Below are positions 9,201-18,763 of a stretch of 64,000 bases of DNA, in pieces. Source of the stretch: Candidatus Eiseniibacteriota bacterium. GTDB lineage: Bacteria > Eisenbacteria > RBG-16-71-46 > CAIMUX01 > VGJL01. A model generated the notes under the pieces. That model did no database searches, had not been told where the DNA came from, and saw only the letters and a list, made by a program, of their open reading frames with translations. Every line of letters starts with the position of its first letter. The stretch's first letter is position 1. The DNA is taken from contig JBHGAY010000021.1 in assembly GCA_041946735.1 (NCBI GenBank), positions 30,505 to 94,504 of the forward strand, in the 5' to 3' direction. Position numbers and translations under genes: made by a program.

Positions 9201-12200
9201 CGCCTGGTTCTGGTCGAGCGTCAGGTTCCCGTTCAGGTCCTCGGAGTCGAGCCGGCCGTTGCCTTCCGTTCCGTTGATCCGGGCGTAGCGCTGGGTCCGG
9301 CCGGGATCCTCGGAAGGCTCGGCCCGATCCGCCTCCTCCTGCGTCTCCTGAAACGCCCAGTCGTCGTAGGCCGGATCGTCACCGCTGCCCTCCTGCGCGT
9401 TCGGGAGATTGTCGAGACCGACGTCCTCCCCCGTCCCCGAGCCCGGCGAGTCGAGCTGCCCGTCCTTGTTCACGTCTTCGGTATCGAGCTCGTGGTTCGG
9501 GAGGGTGAAGCTGTTCGGGCCCAGCTCCTCGGGCCGCACGCGATTCCAGATCGCGTCCTCCGACACGGTGCCGAGCTCGAGGTGGAGCCGGCCGGTCCGC
9601 TCCTCGCGCCGCTCGTAGGGGATGAAGTCGTTCACCCAGATGTCGAGGAATTGCGCGCGGGAGAGATCGATCGTGGAGCGCTGCGAAAGCGGCTGGACGA
9701 GCGAGAACCACGATCGCCGCCGTTCCTCCTCGGTCGCGCCGTTGGGGAAGAAGTGCAGCTCGAGGATCGAGCGGTTGTCATCCTTCTCGGTGTCGGCGAG
9801 TCCGCCCCGGCTCTCGAGCGTCGGCTGCAGGTCGCCCTGCTTCACGGCGGCTCTCGGCGAGTACCACCACGCCTCTCCGCGCCTCTGCACCTTCTCCACC
9901 TGCGAGAGCCCCGGCACCGAATCGGGGACTGCCGACGGGAGCCATGCGGTTCGGTTCATCGAGATCGAGTTGAGGTCCTTCGCCCCCTCGAAGTCGTCGA
10001 CGTACAGCTCGCCGCGAACGTTCGGGTTGGGCAGGGAGACTCCCATGCCCGCGTCGATCGCGATCGAGCCGGGATCGCGTGTGCGGACGCCGGGAAGCCC
10101 GTCGACGAGGGAGCCGATCAGCCAGGAAGGAGTCTTGTAGCTCGTCGCGAACTCGCCGACGACCGTCCGCGTCGGCTCCTGGCCGAGACGCGGGCGCCGG
10201 CCCTCGATGCCGGGCGCCCCCTTGCTCTCGTAGACCCACGTGGTCGAGAAGCCGAGCTTGTTGTCCTGCGACTTGTAGCTGAGCGCGCTGCCGGCGAGCG
10301 TCTTCTGCCCGCCTCCCCCAAACGGCAGGTAGCTGTAGCTCACCCGGATCTCGTCGGTGTCACGGACGTCGGCGGCGTCCAGAATCCGCACGACGCCCAT
10401 GTCGTAGTCGATCGTGTAGTCCTTGTCGCGCTGGAGGGTGCGCCCGCCGGCGGTGACCGTTTCGGAGCCCTGAAGAAGGTTGAACGCGTTCAGAGCGATC
10501 TCGGAGACGGAGGTACGGGCCGTGACCTCGAACGAATACTGCGACAGGGTGTCGGCCACGGCGGTGAAGTCATTGCGGATGTAGAGGCCGGGCACCTGGT
10601 ACTCCGCCGGAAGCTCCATCGGGCGATCGGCGAGGCAGCGGGCCTCGTCGATCGGCAGCGGGGCGAAGGGCTGCAGCTCGCAGAACATCACATAGCCGCT
10701 CTGCGTGTCGAGCCTGGCCTTGTCGATCTGTCCGTCGGGCCCAGGGGCCTGGTTCTCTCCCACTTCCGTGTACAGGTCGAGCCCCAGGATCTCGAGAAAC
10801 GTCTTGTCGCCGATCCGGTCCGGGTTGGTGACTCCTCCTGTTGTCTTCTTGCGCCGGATCGCCACGCTCAGACCTTCGGGCGAGAGGTTCGAGCCGAGAT
10901 CGTAGATGTTGCGCAGCTCGAGCTTCCTCGCGTCGGCGAAGACCCCCTGAGTGAGATCCCGTGGGTTCGTCCCCCCCATCCCCTCGGCGGGACGAATCAG
11001 CTTCAAGACCAGGCTGTCCGGAGCGCCGGGGACCGGGCCGCCGATCTGCCGCCCGCCCGTGGTCTTGTAGGTGACGCCGATCGCCTTCGACATCTGGGGA
11101 TCGAGGATCTGGCCGTCGTCGAGGATCAGCACCGGATAGCCGGTATAGACGTCGAGCTGGATCACGTAGTCGGTGCCGGAAAGCAGGCGGTTCCACTCTC
11201 CCGTCGCGTTCGCCTCCTCGTGGACCGTCTGCGGGTTTCCGGAAAGGGTCACGTATCCCGGGACTGTCAGCTGCTCGAGGTTGTTCCGTCCGTCGCGGTC
11301 GTCGATCCAGACCTCGACGCTCGTCACGTCGAGATCGGAGAGTGGAGGGCCGTCCGGCTCGGTCAGGAAGAAGAACTTTCCCTGCACGTACTGGTAGTCC
11401 TGGATCGAGAAGGTGCGGGTCTCGGCGTTGCGCGTCAGGCTGCGGCTGTCGGTCTTCCCTTCCTGCTTGCTCAGGATTCCGCGCATCTCGACGTCGCCGA
11501 CCTGCGCCAGGGCGTTGATGCCGAACAGGCCCTCGACCTTCCCGCTATAGGAGGCGTACTGCGTGCCGGGGAGCGAGAGGCTCGTGTTGCCGAGATCGAC
11601 CGACTGGAGCACCTCGTCCTGGTAGCCTTTGTAGTGGATCTTGATGCGGTTCGCGAGCGGCGTCGTCGCCTCGCTCGACTGATCGACGTCGACCGAGACC
11701 TTGTCGCCGATCGATCCCGTCAGCAACAGGTTCAGTTCCTGCTTCATGTCGAGCTGCGGGAACTTCGACTGGGATCGCTGGAACTCGGTGACGGGGCGGT
11801 CCGGGTACCAACGGCTGGTCCCGCTGAAGGAGATCCGCTCGCTCCCCGAGACCGTGAGGTTCGGCGCCCCTTTCCCGACGATGCTCGAGATCGCGCCCGG
11901 CATCTCGACCGGGAGATTCAAGCTGATCAGGCCGCCGGAGGTTTTCGCGTTGGGGTCCTTCAGCTGGATCCCGCGCTCCGCCTCGGCGACCCAGAGGTTA
12001 CGGAAGGCGCGCCGGGTCATGCCGTCCACGTACGCCCCCATGTCCTGCCAGACCGGGGTGCGGACCGGCACGCCGCCGGCCGAGTAGGTCTCGAGCACCC
12101 GGGAGGAATCGAGCTGGACGGAGACCTGGCGGGTGACGAGCTCGCGCTGCTCCCGTCTCTTCAGGTTCGCGGGAGGGAGCCAGCCAAGGCCGAGGCTGTC

Positions 12201-12485
12201 CTGGAGGAAGATGAAGTCCTCCAGGTACTCCGAACTGACGCCCAGCGAGTCCTCCCGCGCCCGCAGATTCTCTGGAAGCTCGCCGGAGCGGCGCAGGACG
12301 GCCCGCGCGCGGTAGCGGGAGGCGAGGCGGTAGAGGAGCGGATCGTCGTCGAAGCTCGACCGGGCGGCTCGATCCCATAGCCCGACGTACGCGTCCTCCC
12401 CCTCTCCGTGAAGAGGCGGCGCGAAGACGACGAAAACCGTCGTCCAGAGGAGGATCAGGGCTGGCCAGGCCTTGCGACGGAACAC
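6279..12485 (-). CDS. sprA: SprA/Sov-like very large outer-membrane beta-barrel (T9SS translocon homolog)
   Basis: About 2070 aa with signal peptide; YKGYQDEVLQSVDLGNTSLSLP...GLFGINALAQVG, LQRDKDYTIDYDMGVVRIL, YVDDFEG, LGTVSED, DVGLD, VWIDELRL are SprA-like; C-terminal amphipathic strands ending in Phe. GTG start inferred. Confidence 0.82.
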   Translation of the reverse strand: MFRRKAWPALILLWTTVFVVFAPPLHGEGEDAYVGLWDRAARSSFDDDPLLYRLASRYRARAVLRRSGELPENLRAREDSLGVSSEYLEDFIFLQDSLGLGWLPPANLKRREQRELVTRQVSVQLDSSRVLETYSAGGVPVRTPVWQDMGAYVDGMTRRAFRNLWVAEAERGIQLKDPNAKTSGGLISLNLPVEMPGAISSIVGKGAPNLTVSGSERISFSGTSRWYPDRPVTEFQRSQSKFPQLDMKQELNLLLTGSIGDKVSVDVDQSSEATTPLANRIKIHYKGYQDEVLQSVDLGNTSLSLPGTQYASYSGKVEGLFGINALAQVGDVEMRGILSKQEGKTDSRSLTRNAETRTFSIQDYQYVQGKFFFLTEPDGPPLSDLDVTSVEVWIDDRDGRNNLEQLTVPGYVTLSGNPQTVHEEANATGEWNRLLSGTDYVIQLDVYTGYPVLILDDGQILDPQMSKAIGVTYKTTGGRQIGGPVPGAPDSLVLKLIRPAEGMGGTNPRDLTQGVFADARKLELRNIYDLGSNLSPEGLSVAIRRKKTTGGVTNPDRIGDKTFLEILGLDLYTEVGENQAPGPDGQIDKARLDTQSGYVMFCELQPFAPLPIDEARCLADRPMELPAEYQVPGLYIRNDFTAVADTLSQYSFEVTARTSVSEIALNAFNLLQGSETVTAGGRTLQRDKDYTIDYDMGVVRILDAADVRDTDEIRVSYSYLPFGGGGQKTLAGSALSYKSQDNKLGFSTTWVYESKGAPGIEGRRPRLGQEPTRTVVGEFATSYKTPSWLIGSLVDGLPGVRTRDPGSIAIDAGMGVSLPNPNVRGELYVDDFEGAKDLNSISMNRTAWLPSAVPDSVPGLSQVEKVQRRGEAWWYSPRAAVKQGDLQPTLESRGGLADTEKDDNRSILELHFFPNGATEEERRRSWFSLVQPLSQRSTIDLSRAQFLDIWVNDFIPYERREERTGRLHLELGTVSEDAIWNRVRPEELGPNSFTLPNHELDTEDVNKDGQLDSPGSGTGEDVGLDNLPNAQEGSGDDPAYDDWAFQETQEEADRAEPSEDPGRTQRYARINGTEGNGRLDSEDLNGNLTLDQNQAYFHFVADLNDDKNPQPLVEFESSQAQDQDPKYAPYTRGWRRIRIPLTPTFYTKVGFPNWEQIKHVRIWVEGFRSEAYLQIGGIEITGNRWLKGGVRDSLGVALPDSSLFPGEDFFPAVLNNKDNSTSEYDPPFKPDERQDVEEREQSLTLEMRNFPPGHSGTVFRTFSAAQDFASLYRKLEFYVKRRLREEVPVDLDFFVRFARNADSDQDNYYEYRAPVTDGWVLHSVDMGMLSQLHLQADSNLVAFRDLGNGASISLKGNPSLTSVRRIAFGVISRGPSTIVSGNVWIDELRLASVKRDTGLASRFSMNLGLAGLGDMNFGFQRTDADFLKIGSDRGSGVTRSSLNTGARINVDRFLEGSGIVLPVSLNLAQTKDVPKFRTNSDLVLSGEARDENITETRSRDMQFSVSRSPSANPILKYTIDRISLSGNLSSNISNTPESRDTVMTRSGSISYALPLGGGPPIRVYRNTQLRLMPTNIQTILTGGWNKRIEYRRPDNDLDLPYEETRRLVTRNGTMNWSTGLRPIEAITYQFDQTRDLRLPTAPKRVFGLRLGTEVSRRHQLTASQAIPLFGKSLVPRVSWSGSFDGRFNSITSSGLGAQQRSNGFGNSNTLTLSGSLPIDRWMRALGGIARGGGGDGGGDAPAPAPGDSTGEAPPPPRAPRGGGSSGSSIFSLGAISTTYTIGKTDRSDRVSGEPSLSYQLGFSRDPGARVEKLNGFNSSQGNRRDLNLSTDLKLLSEIQVRTSYAYGFNKNSVNGAATTTRTRRFPDLDVNWGRLGQKLGLQALMKDLRASSRYTRETREVGTSANPKDRTETTVNLRPLLNLDATLKNGISAKLTSSYSSRESEQFGNVRSLTRDRSRQVGLTLRKTLSLTRVVTNPITKKQSRATSKLDLSLALDYQDNRLESGQGGNLVVTRDIAKYALSTTGSYNFTSSITGNAGLTLGQDSDKKNKTNTARYISITVSAAFNF

Positions 12486-12626
12486 GAAACGCTCATGATG
12501 GTGATGGTTTCGAGAGCAGACGGGGCGCCTCCCCACCTCTTCCGGGGCGGTTATACTCCGGCCCTGACACTCAGGGTCCCGGCCCCGATGGGGCAGGGGT
12601 CCATCGGATTACACACGGAGGGTCGT

Positions 12627-14042
12627 TTGGCGTCAAGACGCCGCCTGGTCCCGTTCGGGATCCTCTCGCGGTACATCGCTCGGCAGCTCGTCAAACCGTT
12701 CCTCCTGGGATTCTCCGTCGTCACGTTCCTCCTCACCCTGGACTTCCTTCTCGACTACCTGAACCTGTTCCTCGGCAAAGGCATCTCCATCTGGACCGTC
12801 TCGAAGCTCTTCGTCCTCGGCCTCGGCTGGATGGTGGCGCTCTCCGTCCCCTGCGGGGTGCTCGTCGCCGTCCTGATGGCCTACGGCCAGATGAGCCAGG
12901 ACAACGAGATCACAGCGATGCGGGCGAGCGGCATCAACCTGATCGCCGCGATGGTCCCTTCCTTCCTCATGGCGGGAACGATCGCCGTCGGGCTCACGGC
13001 ATTCAACAACTATGTCCTGCCCGAGTCGAACCACGCCTTCGCGAACCTCGTGGCGCAGATCCACCGGGTGCGACCGACCGCGCAAATCCGCGAGGGGGTG
13101 TTCCTCGACGAGTTCGAGGGGTATGACCTCTTCATCGGCCGCCTGAACGACCGCACCGGCGAGATGAAGGACGTGCTGATCGTCGACGCGTCGGAGAACC
13201 GGCGGTTTCCGCGCACCATCGTCGCAAAGGAGGGAGATCTCTCCTTCGTCCCCGGCACCTCGACGCTCGTCCTGACCCTCCGCAACGGGGAGATCCACGA
13301 GCTGGACCCCGACGCCCGGGAGGCACGCTACCGCCGCCTCGCCTTCGAGGAGCAGACGATGCAGCTCCAGGGCGCATCGGACGCGTTGCAGGGGGTCCGG
13401 CGCGGTCGCGGCCAGCGCGAGATGTCGGTCGGAGCGATGCGACAGGAGATTCGCCGGCTCGAGGAGGAGCGTGACAGCTACGAGGCCCAGGTCGATTCGT
13501 CGCTCTCGGCCCTCGGGGTCTCCAGCCCGGAGCAGCTTCCTCCGCTCTCGCCCGAGGAGCGGCAGCCGAAGGGGATCACGAAGATCCTCGCCCCCCTCGC
13601 CGCCCTCTTCGGCGGGCGCCGACCGCCGCCGGCGCCGGCCGAGGACCTCGATCCGGAGCTGAGGCGCCAGATCGAGGAGCTGCGGATGCGCGTGCTCCAG
13701 AGGGAGTCGGTGGAGAAGCGGATCGACTCCTTTCGAGTCGAGATCCAGAAGAAGTTCTCGATCCCGTTCGCCTGCCTCGTCTTCGTGCTGGTCGGCGCGC
13801 CGCTCGGCATGCGGGCCCGCCGCGGGGGGCTGGCGGTCGGATTCCTCTCCGTCGCCTTCTTCCTCTTCTATTACCTCTGCCTGATCGGAGGCGAGCAGCT
13901 CGCCGATCGTGGCCTGCTCTCCCCCTGGCTCGCCATGTGGATTCCGAACTTCGTCCTCGGCGGCCTGGGCCTCCGTGAGACGGTGCGGGTCGCCACGACC
14001 GGCTTTGCGGTTTCCGCATCGCGCAAGGTGCGGCGGCAATGA
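12627..14042 (+). CDS. lptF: LPS export ABC transporter permease LptF (with insertion)
   Basis: ILSRYIARQLVKPFL, GQMSQDNEITAMRASGI, EIQKKFSIPFACLVFVLVGAPLG, WLAMWIPN; TTG start after GGAGGG. Confidence 0.9.
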   Translation: MASRRRLVPFGILSRYIARQLVKPFLLGFSVVTFLLTLDFLLDYLNLFLGKGISIWTVSKLFVLGLGWMVALSVPCGVLVAVLMAYGQMSQDNEITAMRASGINLIAAMVPSFLMAGTIAVGLTAFNNYVLPESNHAFANLVAQIHRVRPTAQIREGVFLDEFEGYDLFIGRLNDRTGEMKDVLIVDASENRRFPRTIVAKEGDLSFVPGTSTLVLTLRNGEIHELDPDAREARYRRLAFEEQTMQLQGASDALQGVRRGRGQREMSVGAMRQEIRRLEEERDSYEAQVDSSLSALGVSSPEQLPPLSPEERQPKGITKILAPLAALFGGRRPPPAPAEDLDPELRRQIEELRMRVLQRESVEKRIDSFRVEIQKKFSIPFACLVFVLVGAPLGMRARRGGLAVGFLSVAFFLFYYLCLIGGEQLADRGLLSPWLAMWIPNFVLGGLGLRETVRVATTGFAVSASRKVRRQ

Positions 14043-15118
14043 AGAAGCTCGATCGGTACCTGCTGCACGACTTTCTTCTCTACAGCCTGATGGGCGTCCT
14101 GCTCTTCGTCGGGATCTTCGTGATCGTCGACCTCTTCGAGAAGATCGACACGTTCGTCGACAACAAGGCGGGGTTCAGCACCGTCGTTCGCTACTACGCC
14201 TGGAACGTGCCGGTCCTCCTCATCCAGATCGTGCCGCTCGCCGTCCTGCTCGGATCGATCCTCTCGCTCGGTCAGATGCGCCGCTTCAACGAGCTGACCG
14301 CCATGCAGGGCGCCGGGATCTCGCCGCTCCGGATCGCGACGCCGCTCCTTGCCGCCGCATTGTTGATCGCCGGCTTCGACTACGGGCTTGGCGAATGGAT
14401 CGTCCCCCAAGCGTACCGCCAGCAGCAGAAGATCCTGCGCGTGGATATCAAGGGGCAGGAGCCGCTCGAAACGGCGGGAAGGATGAACATCCGCTACCTG
14501 GGACGGGGCGGCAACCTCTACACGATCGAGTTCTTCGACGGCGCCACGGGGAGCCTGCGGAACGTGTCGGTCCAGAGCCTGGCGGAGAACGGGATCCGGC
14601 GGAGGATCGACGCGGAGGCAGCGCGCTATCGCGACGGTCTCTGGCGTTTCGAGAAGGGGACGCTTCGCGCCTTCGGCGACTCGAGCGAAACGACGATCCG
14701 CTTCCGCAACTATGGCACGTCGAGCCTCCCGGAGAAGCCCCGCGACTTCCTCCGGCCGGAGGAGAGCCTCTTCGAGATGAACATGCGGGAGCTGCGCGCG
14801 TACGCCGACCGCATCCGATCGAGCGGAGGGCGCGACGTCAAGATCCGCGTCGACTACCAGCTGCGCGTGTCGTTCCCGCTCGCGACGGTGATCATGGTCC
14901 TGCTCGGCGCCTCGCTGTCGCTGCGCATCGTGCGAGGAGGGAGCGTGGCGCTCGGCATCGGGGCGACCGTCTTCGTGGGGTTCGCCTACTATGCGATGCT
15001 CCGCGCGGGACAGGCGCTCGGCTACAACGAGACGGTCCCGCCGATCGTCGCGGCCTGGCTGGGGAACATCCTCTTCGGCGGACTCGGTTCCTTCTTCTTC
15101 TGGAAGGTCACGCGATAG
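14039..15118 (+). CDS. lptG: LPS export ABC transporter permease LptG
   Basis: MKKLDRYL, NELTAMQGAGISPLRI, PPIVAAWLGNILF; ATGA overlap with lptF. Confidence 0.9.
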   Translation: MKKLDRYLLHDFLLYSLMGVLLFVGIFVIVDLFEKIDTFVDNKAGFSTVVRYYAWNVPVLLIQIVPLAVLLGSILSLGQMRRFNELTAMQGAGISPLRIATPLLAAALLIAGFDYGLGEWIVPQAYRQQQKILRVDIKGQEPLETAGRMNIRYLGRGGNLYTIEFFDGATGSLRNVSVQSLAENGIRRRIDAEAARYRDGLWRFEKGTLRAFGDSSETTIRFRNYGTSSLPEKPRDFLRPEESLFEMNMRELRAYADRIRSSGGRDVKIRVDYQLRVSFPLATVIMVLLGASLSLRIVRGGSVALGIGATVFVGFAYYAMLRAGQALGYNETVPPIVAAWLGNILFGGLGSFFFWKVTR

Positions 15119-15130
15119 CGCCCGATCGCC

Positions 15131-16585
15131 TCACGGGCGCAAAGCCGGCCCGGGCGCATTTCCCGGCACTTCGTCGCCCACGGCCGGCCCCGGCGTTTCG
15201 GGAGCCGGAGCCTCGGCCGCCCGTCGCGCCTCCTCCTCGCGCGCTCCCTGCATGCGGGCGATGAAACCGGTGTCGTAGCGTCCGGTCCGGAAGTCGGGGT
15301 GCTTCAGCACCTCGCGATGGAACGGGATCGTCGTCTCGATCCCCTCCACCTGCGCCTCGCCGAGAGCGCGTTCCATCCGCGCAATCGCGCGCGGGCGGTC
15401 CGACGCGTGGACGATCAGCTTCGCGACCATCGAATCGTAGTAGGGCGGGATCGTCGAGCCGGGGAGGATGTTGCTGTCGATCCGCACTCCGGGGCCACCG
15501 GAGAGATGGAACGTGCGGACGAGGCCGGGGCAGGGGCGAAAGTCCTGGGCAGGATCCTCGGCGTTGATCCGGCACTCGATCGCGTGCCCTTGCATCCGCA
15601 CCTGCTCCTGGCGGAGCGCGAGAGGCTCGCCGGCCGCGATCCGGATCTGCATCTCCACCAGATCGAGCCGGGTCACCAGCTCGGTCACCGGATGCTCCAC
15701 CTGCAGTCGCGTGTTCATCTCCATGAAGTAGAACTCGCCGGTCGCCTCTTCGAAGAGGAACTCGATCGTTCCGAGGCTCTGGTAGCCGACCGCTGCGGCG
15801 CCGCGCACGGCCGTCGCCCCGAGATGGGCGCGCATCGCCTCGTCGAGGGCGGGGCTTGGAGACTCCTCGATCAGCTTCTGATGCCTCCGCTGGATCGAGC
15901 AGTCGCGCTCTCCGAGGTGCAGCACGTTGCCATGCTTGTCCGCCACGATCTGGATCTCGATGTGCCGGGGCTTCTCCAGGTACTTCTCGAGATAGAGAGC
16001 TCCGTCCGCGAAGGCCGCCTCCGCTTCGGAGCGGGCGGTCGTGAAGAGCCGCTCCAACTCCTCCTGCGAGCGGACGATCCGCATTCCCTTGCCCCCGCCT
16101 CCCGCCTTCGCCTTGAGGATCACCGGGAACCCGGTCCGTTCGGCGATCGCGGCCGCTTCCGACGGGTCCTCGAGCACTCCGACGCTTCCCGGCAGCACCG
16201 GCACGCCGGCCGCGCGCATCTTCTCCTTGGCGATCGCCTTGTCCCCCATCGTCCGGATGACCGAGGAGGGAGGGCCGATGAAGGTGATGCCGCTCGACTC
16301 GCAGGCTTCGGCGAACTGGGCGTTCTCGGCGAGGAAGCCGTACCCGGGATGGACCGCGTCGGCGTTGGTGATCACGACGGCCGAGAGGATGCGCGGAAGA
16401 TGGAGATAGCTCTCCCGGCTGCGCGGCGGACCGATGCAGACCGCCTCGTCGGCCGCCTTCACGTAGAGAGAATCGGCGTCCGCTTCGGAAAAGACGGCGA
16501 CGGTCGCGATCCCCATCTCGCGGCAGGCACGCAGTACGCGCAGGGCGATCTCGCCTCGGTTGGCGACGAGAACCTTCTTGAACAT
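15131..16585 (-). CDS. accC: Acetyl-CoA carboxylase biotin carboxylase subunit
   Basis: [62 protein letters not shown]. Confidence 0.98.
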   Translation of the reverse strand: MFKKVLVANRGEIALRVLRACREMGIATVAVFSEADADSLYVKAADEAVCIGPPRSRESYLHLPRILSAVVITNADAVHPGYGFLAENAQFAEACESSGITFIGPPSSVIRTMGDKAIAKEKMRAAGVPVLPGSVGVLEDPSEAAAIAERTGFPVILKAKAGGGGKGMRIVRSQEELERLFTTARSEAEAAFADGALYLEKYLEKPRHIEIQIVADKHGNVLHLGERDCSIQRRHQKLIEESPSPALDEAMRAHLGATAVRGAAAVGYQSLGTIEFLFEEATGEFYFMEMNTRLQVEHPVTELVTRLDLVEMQIRIAAGEPLALRQEQVRMQGHAIECRINAEDPAQDFRPCPGLVRTFHLSGGPGVRIDSNILPGSTIPPYYDSMVAKLIVHASDRPRAIARMERALGEAQVEGIETTIPFHREVLKHPDFRTGRYDTGFIARMQGAREEEARRAAEAPAPETPGPAVGDEVPGNAPGPALRP

Positions 16586-16633
16586 GGATCCCTTCCGGGG
16601 CCGGGCCGCGAGTCGGGCGCCGTCCCCTCGATC

Positions 16634-17800
16634 TCAGAAACGCACCATTCCGGGAGGCTTCGAAGCGTCCGGTCCCGACTCCGGCGCTTCCCGTTCCGGC
16701 CCCTCGAACGCGGCCCACTTGGCATCGCTCGAGGAGTGGATTCCCCGGATGCGGAGCTCGAATTCGGTGGGACTGGAGGATGCGTGGATCGCCTCCTCGA
16801 GGGTGATCAGGCCTTCACGATACAGCTTCATCAAGGACTGGTCGAAGGTCTGCATCGCATACTGCGTGGTCCCCTCGTGAATCGCGGCCTTGATGAGCAG
16901 CGTCTTTTCGGCGTCGAGAAGGTACTCCTGGATCGTCGGCGTGTTGATCATCACCTCGACCGCGGGGACGCGGCCTTTGCCGGAAGCCCGGGGGATCAGG
17001 CGGAGGCTGATCACCGCCTGCAGGGTCGTCGCGAGCAGATAGCGAACCTCGTCATGCTGGTGCGGCGGATAGAAGGAGATGATCCGGTTGACCGTCTGCG
17101 CCGCGTCCACGGTGTGGAGCGTCGAGAGAACGAGGTGGCCCGTGTCGGCCGCCATCAGACCGATCGACATCGTGTCGCGGTCCCGGATCTCGCCGAGCAG
17201 GATCACGTCGGGATCCTGCCGAAGAATGTGGCGGAGGGCGTCGCTGAAGGAGCCGGTGTCCAGACCGACCTCCCTCTGGCTGATCAGGCTCTTGTCGTCA
17301 CGGTGGAGGAACTCGATCGGGTCCTCGATCGTCACGATGTTGCGGGAGAGCCGGCGGTTGATCGAATCGATCATGGCAGCGAGCGTCGTGCTCTTGCCGC
17401 TTCCCACAGTGCCGGTGACGAGCACGAGGCCGCGTGGGCGCAAGGCGAGCTGCTCGACGATCGGAGGGAGATTCAAGTCCTCGATCGCCGGAACGCCGAG
17501 CGGAACGTGGCGCAGGGCCATGGCGATCGTGCCGCGCTGGTAGTAGAGGTTCGAGCGGAACCGGGCGAGCCCGGCCGCGCCGAAACCGAAGTCGATCTCC
17601 CGCTCGCGGGCGAACTCCTCCTTCTGCGCCGGCGTCAGGACCTGTTCCGCGGCTTCCTCCATCTCTTTTCCGGAAACGGGCGGCAGATCGAGAGCGAGCA
17701 GATTGCCATCGATGCGAAGCACCGGAGGACTTCCGACCTTCAGGTGCAGGTCGGACGCCCCCTGCTCGATCATCGCCTCGAGGAGCTTGCGGAAGTCCAT
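16634..17800 (-). CDS. pilT: PilT/PilU-family type IV pilus retraction ATPase
   Basis: ASDLHLKVGSPP, GTVGSGKSTTLA, TIEDPIEF, LRQDPDVILLGEIRD, TGHLVLSTLHT, MQTFDQSL; lacks AIRNLIRE, so may be PilU-like. Confidence 0.85.
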   Translation of the reverse strand: MDFRKLLEAMIEQGASDLHLKVGSPPVLRIDGNLLALDLPPVSGKEMEEAAEQVLTPAQKEEFAREREIDFGFGAAGLARFRSNLYYQRGTIAMALRHVPLGVPAIEDLNLPPIVEQLALRPRGLVLVTGTVGSGKSTTLAAMIDSINRRLSRNIVTIEDPIEFLHRDDKSLISQREVGLDTGSFSDALRHILRQDPDVILLGEIRDRDTMSIGLMAADTGHLVLSTLHTVDAAQTVNRIISFYPPHQHDEVRYLLATTLQAVISLRLIPRASGKGRVPAVEVMINTPTIQEYLLDAEKTLLIKAAIHEGTTQYAMQTFDQSLMKLYREGLITLEEAIHASSSPTEFELRIRGIHSSSDAKWAAFEGPEREAPESGPDASKPPGMVRF

Positions 17801-17811
17801 CGGTCCTCCGA

Positions 17812-18294
17812 TCAGTCGGGCCGAACCAGGAAGAGCACCTGATTGAACTCGACCGGTTGTCCGTTCTGCACGGGGATCTTGGCGATCGTGCCCGCGACCT
17901 CCGACTCGATCTCGTTCATCAGCTTCATCGCTTCGACGATGCAGACGACCTGGCCGATGGCGATCTTCTGATTCACGTCGACGTAGGGCGGCGACGTGGG
18001 TGAGGGGGCGCGGTAGAAGGTCCCGACCATCGGCGAGCGGATCGGAACGAGCCCGGGCTCCTCGGCCGGCTCGGAGGCGGCCGGCGGTGCGGCTGCAGGC
18101 GCCGCGGGCCCCGGCTCCGCCGCACGTCCGGCGGCCGGAGCGGGCGCCGCCGGCGGGACGTGGATCACGGCCGCCTGGTGATTGCCGGCGTCCTTGGTGA
18201 TGCGGACGCGGTTCCACCAACGCCGCACCTCCAGCTCGTGGATCTGGCTCTCCTCCACCAGCTTGATCAAGCGCCGGATCTCTTCGACTCGCAT
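17812..18294 (-). CDS. accB: Biotin carboxyl carrier protein
   Basis: [27 protein letters not shown] biotinylation motif, Pro/Ala linker. Confidence 0.98.
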   Translation of the reverse strand: MRVEEIRRLIKLVEESQIHELEVRRWWNRVRITKDAGNHQAAVIHVPPAAPAPAAGRAAEPGPAAPAAAPPAASEPAEEPGLVPIRSPMVGTFYRAPSPTSPPYVDVNQKIAIGQVVCIVEAMKLMNEIESEVAGTIAKIPVQNGQPVEFNQVLFLVRPD

Positions 18295-18307
18295 CCCCTC
18301 TTCCTCC

Positions 18308-18760
18308 CTACGGCTCTTCGCGGCCGGCCGCGGTCAGCTCGACCAGGCCACGCAGCGCGAGCCGGTACCCGACCGCCCCGAGACCCAGGATCACCCCCCG
18401 GCACACAGGACCGACGAGGTCCCGGCGCCGGAACGGCTCCCGCGCGAGAGTATGGGACAGATGCACCTCGAGGACCGGGTAATCGACCGAAGCGACCGCG
18501 TCGCGCAGGGCGATGCTCGTGTGGGTCAGGCCGCCGGGATTCAGGACCGCTCCCCGGACCCGGCCTCGCGCCTCATGGATGCGGTCGATCAGCGCTCCTT
18601 CGGAATTGCTCTGGAAGAACTCCACGGGGACACCCAGGGAACGGGCTTCCTCGCGGACCTCCCCCTCGAGCTGCGCCAGCGTCATCGAACCGTAGACCTT
18701 CGGCTCCCGTGATCCGAGCAGGTTCAGGTTCGGGCCGTTGAGGACCAGGATCGGGTGCAT
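18308..18760 (-). CDS. aroQ: Type II 3-dehydroquinate dehydratase
   Basis: [43 protein letters not shown]. Confidence 0.97.
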   Translation of the reverse strand: MHPILVLNGPNLNLLGSREPKVYGSMTLAQLEGEVREEARSLGVPVEFFQSNSEGALIDRIHEARGRVRGAVLNPGGLTHTSIALRDAVASVDYPVLEVHLSHTLAREPFRRRDLVGPVCRGVILGLGAVGYRLALRGLVELTAAGREEP

Positions 18761-18763
18761 CGT

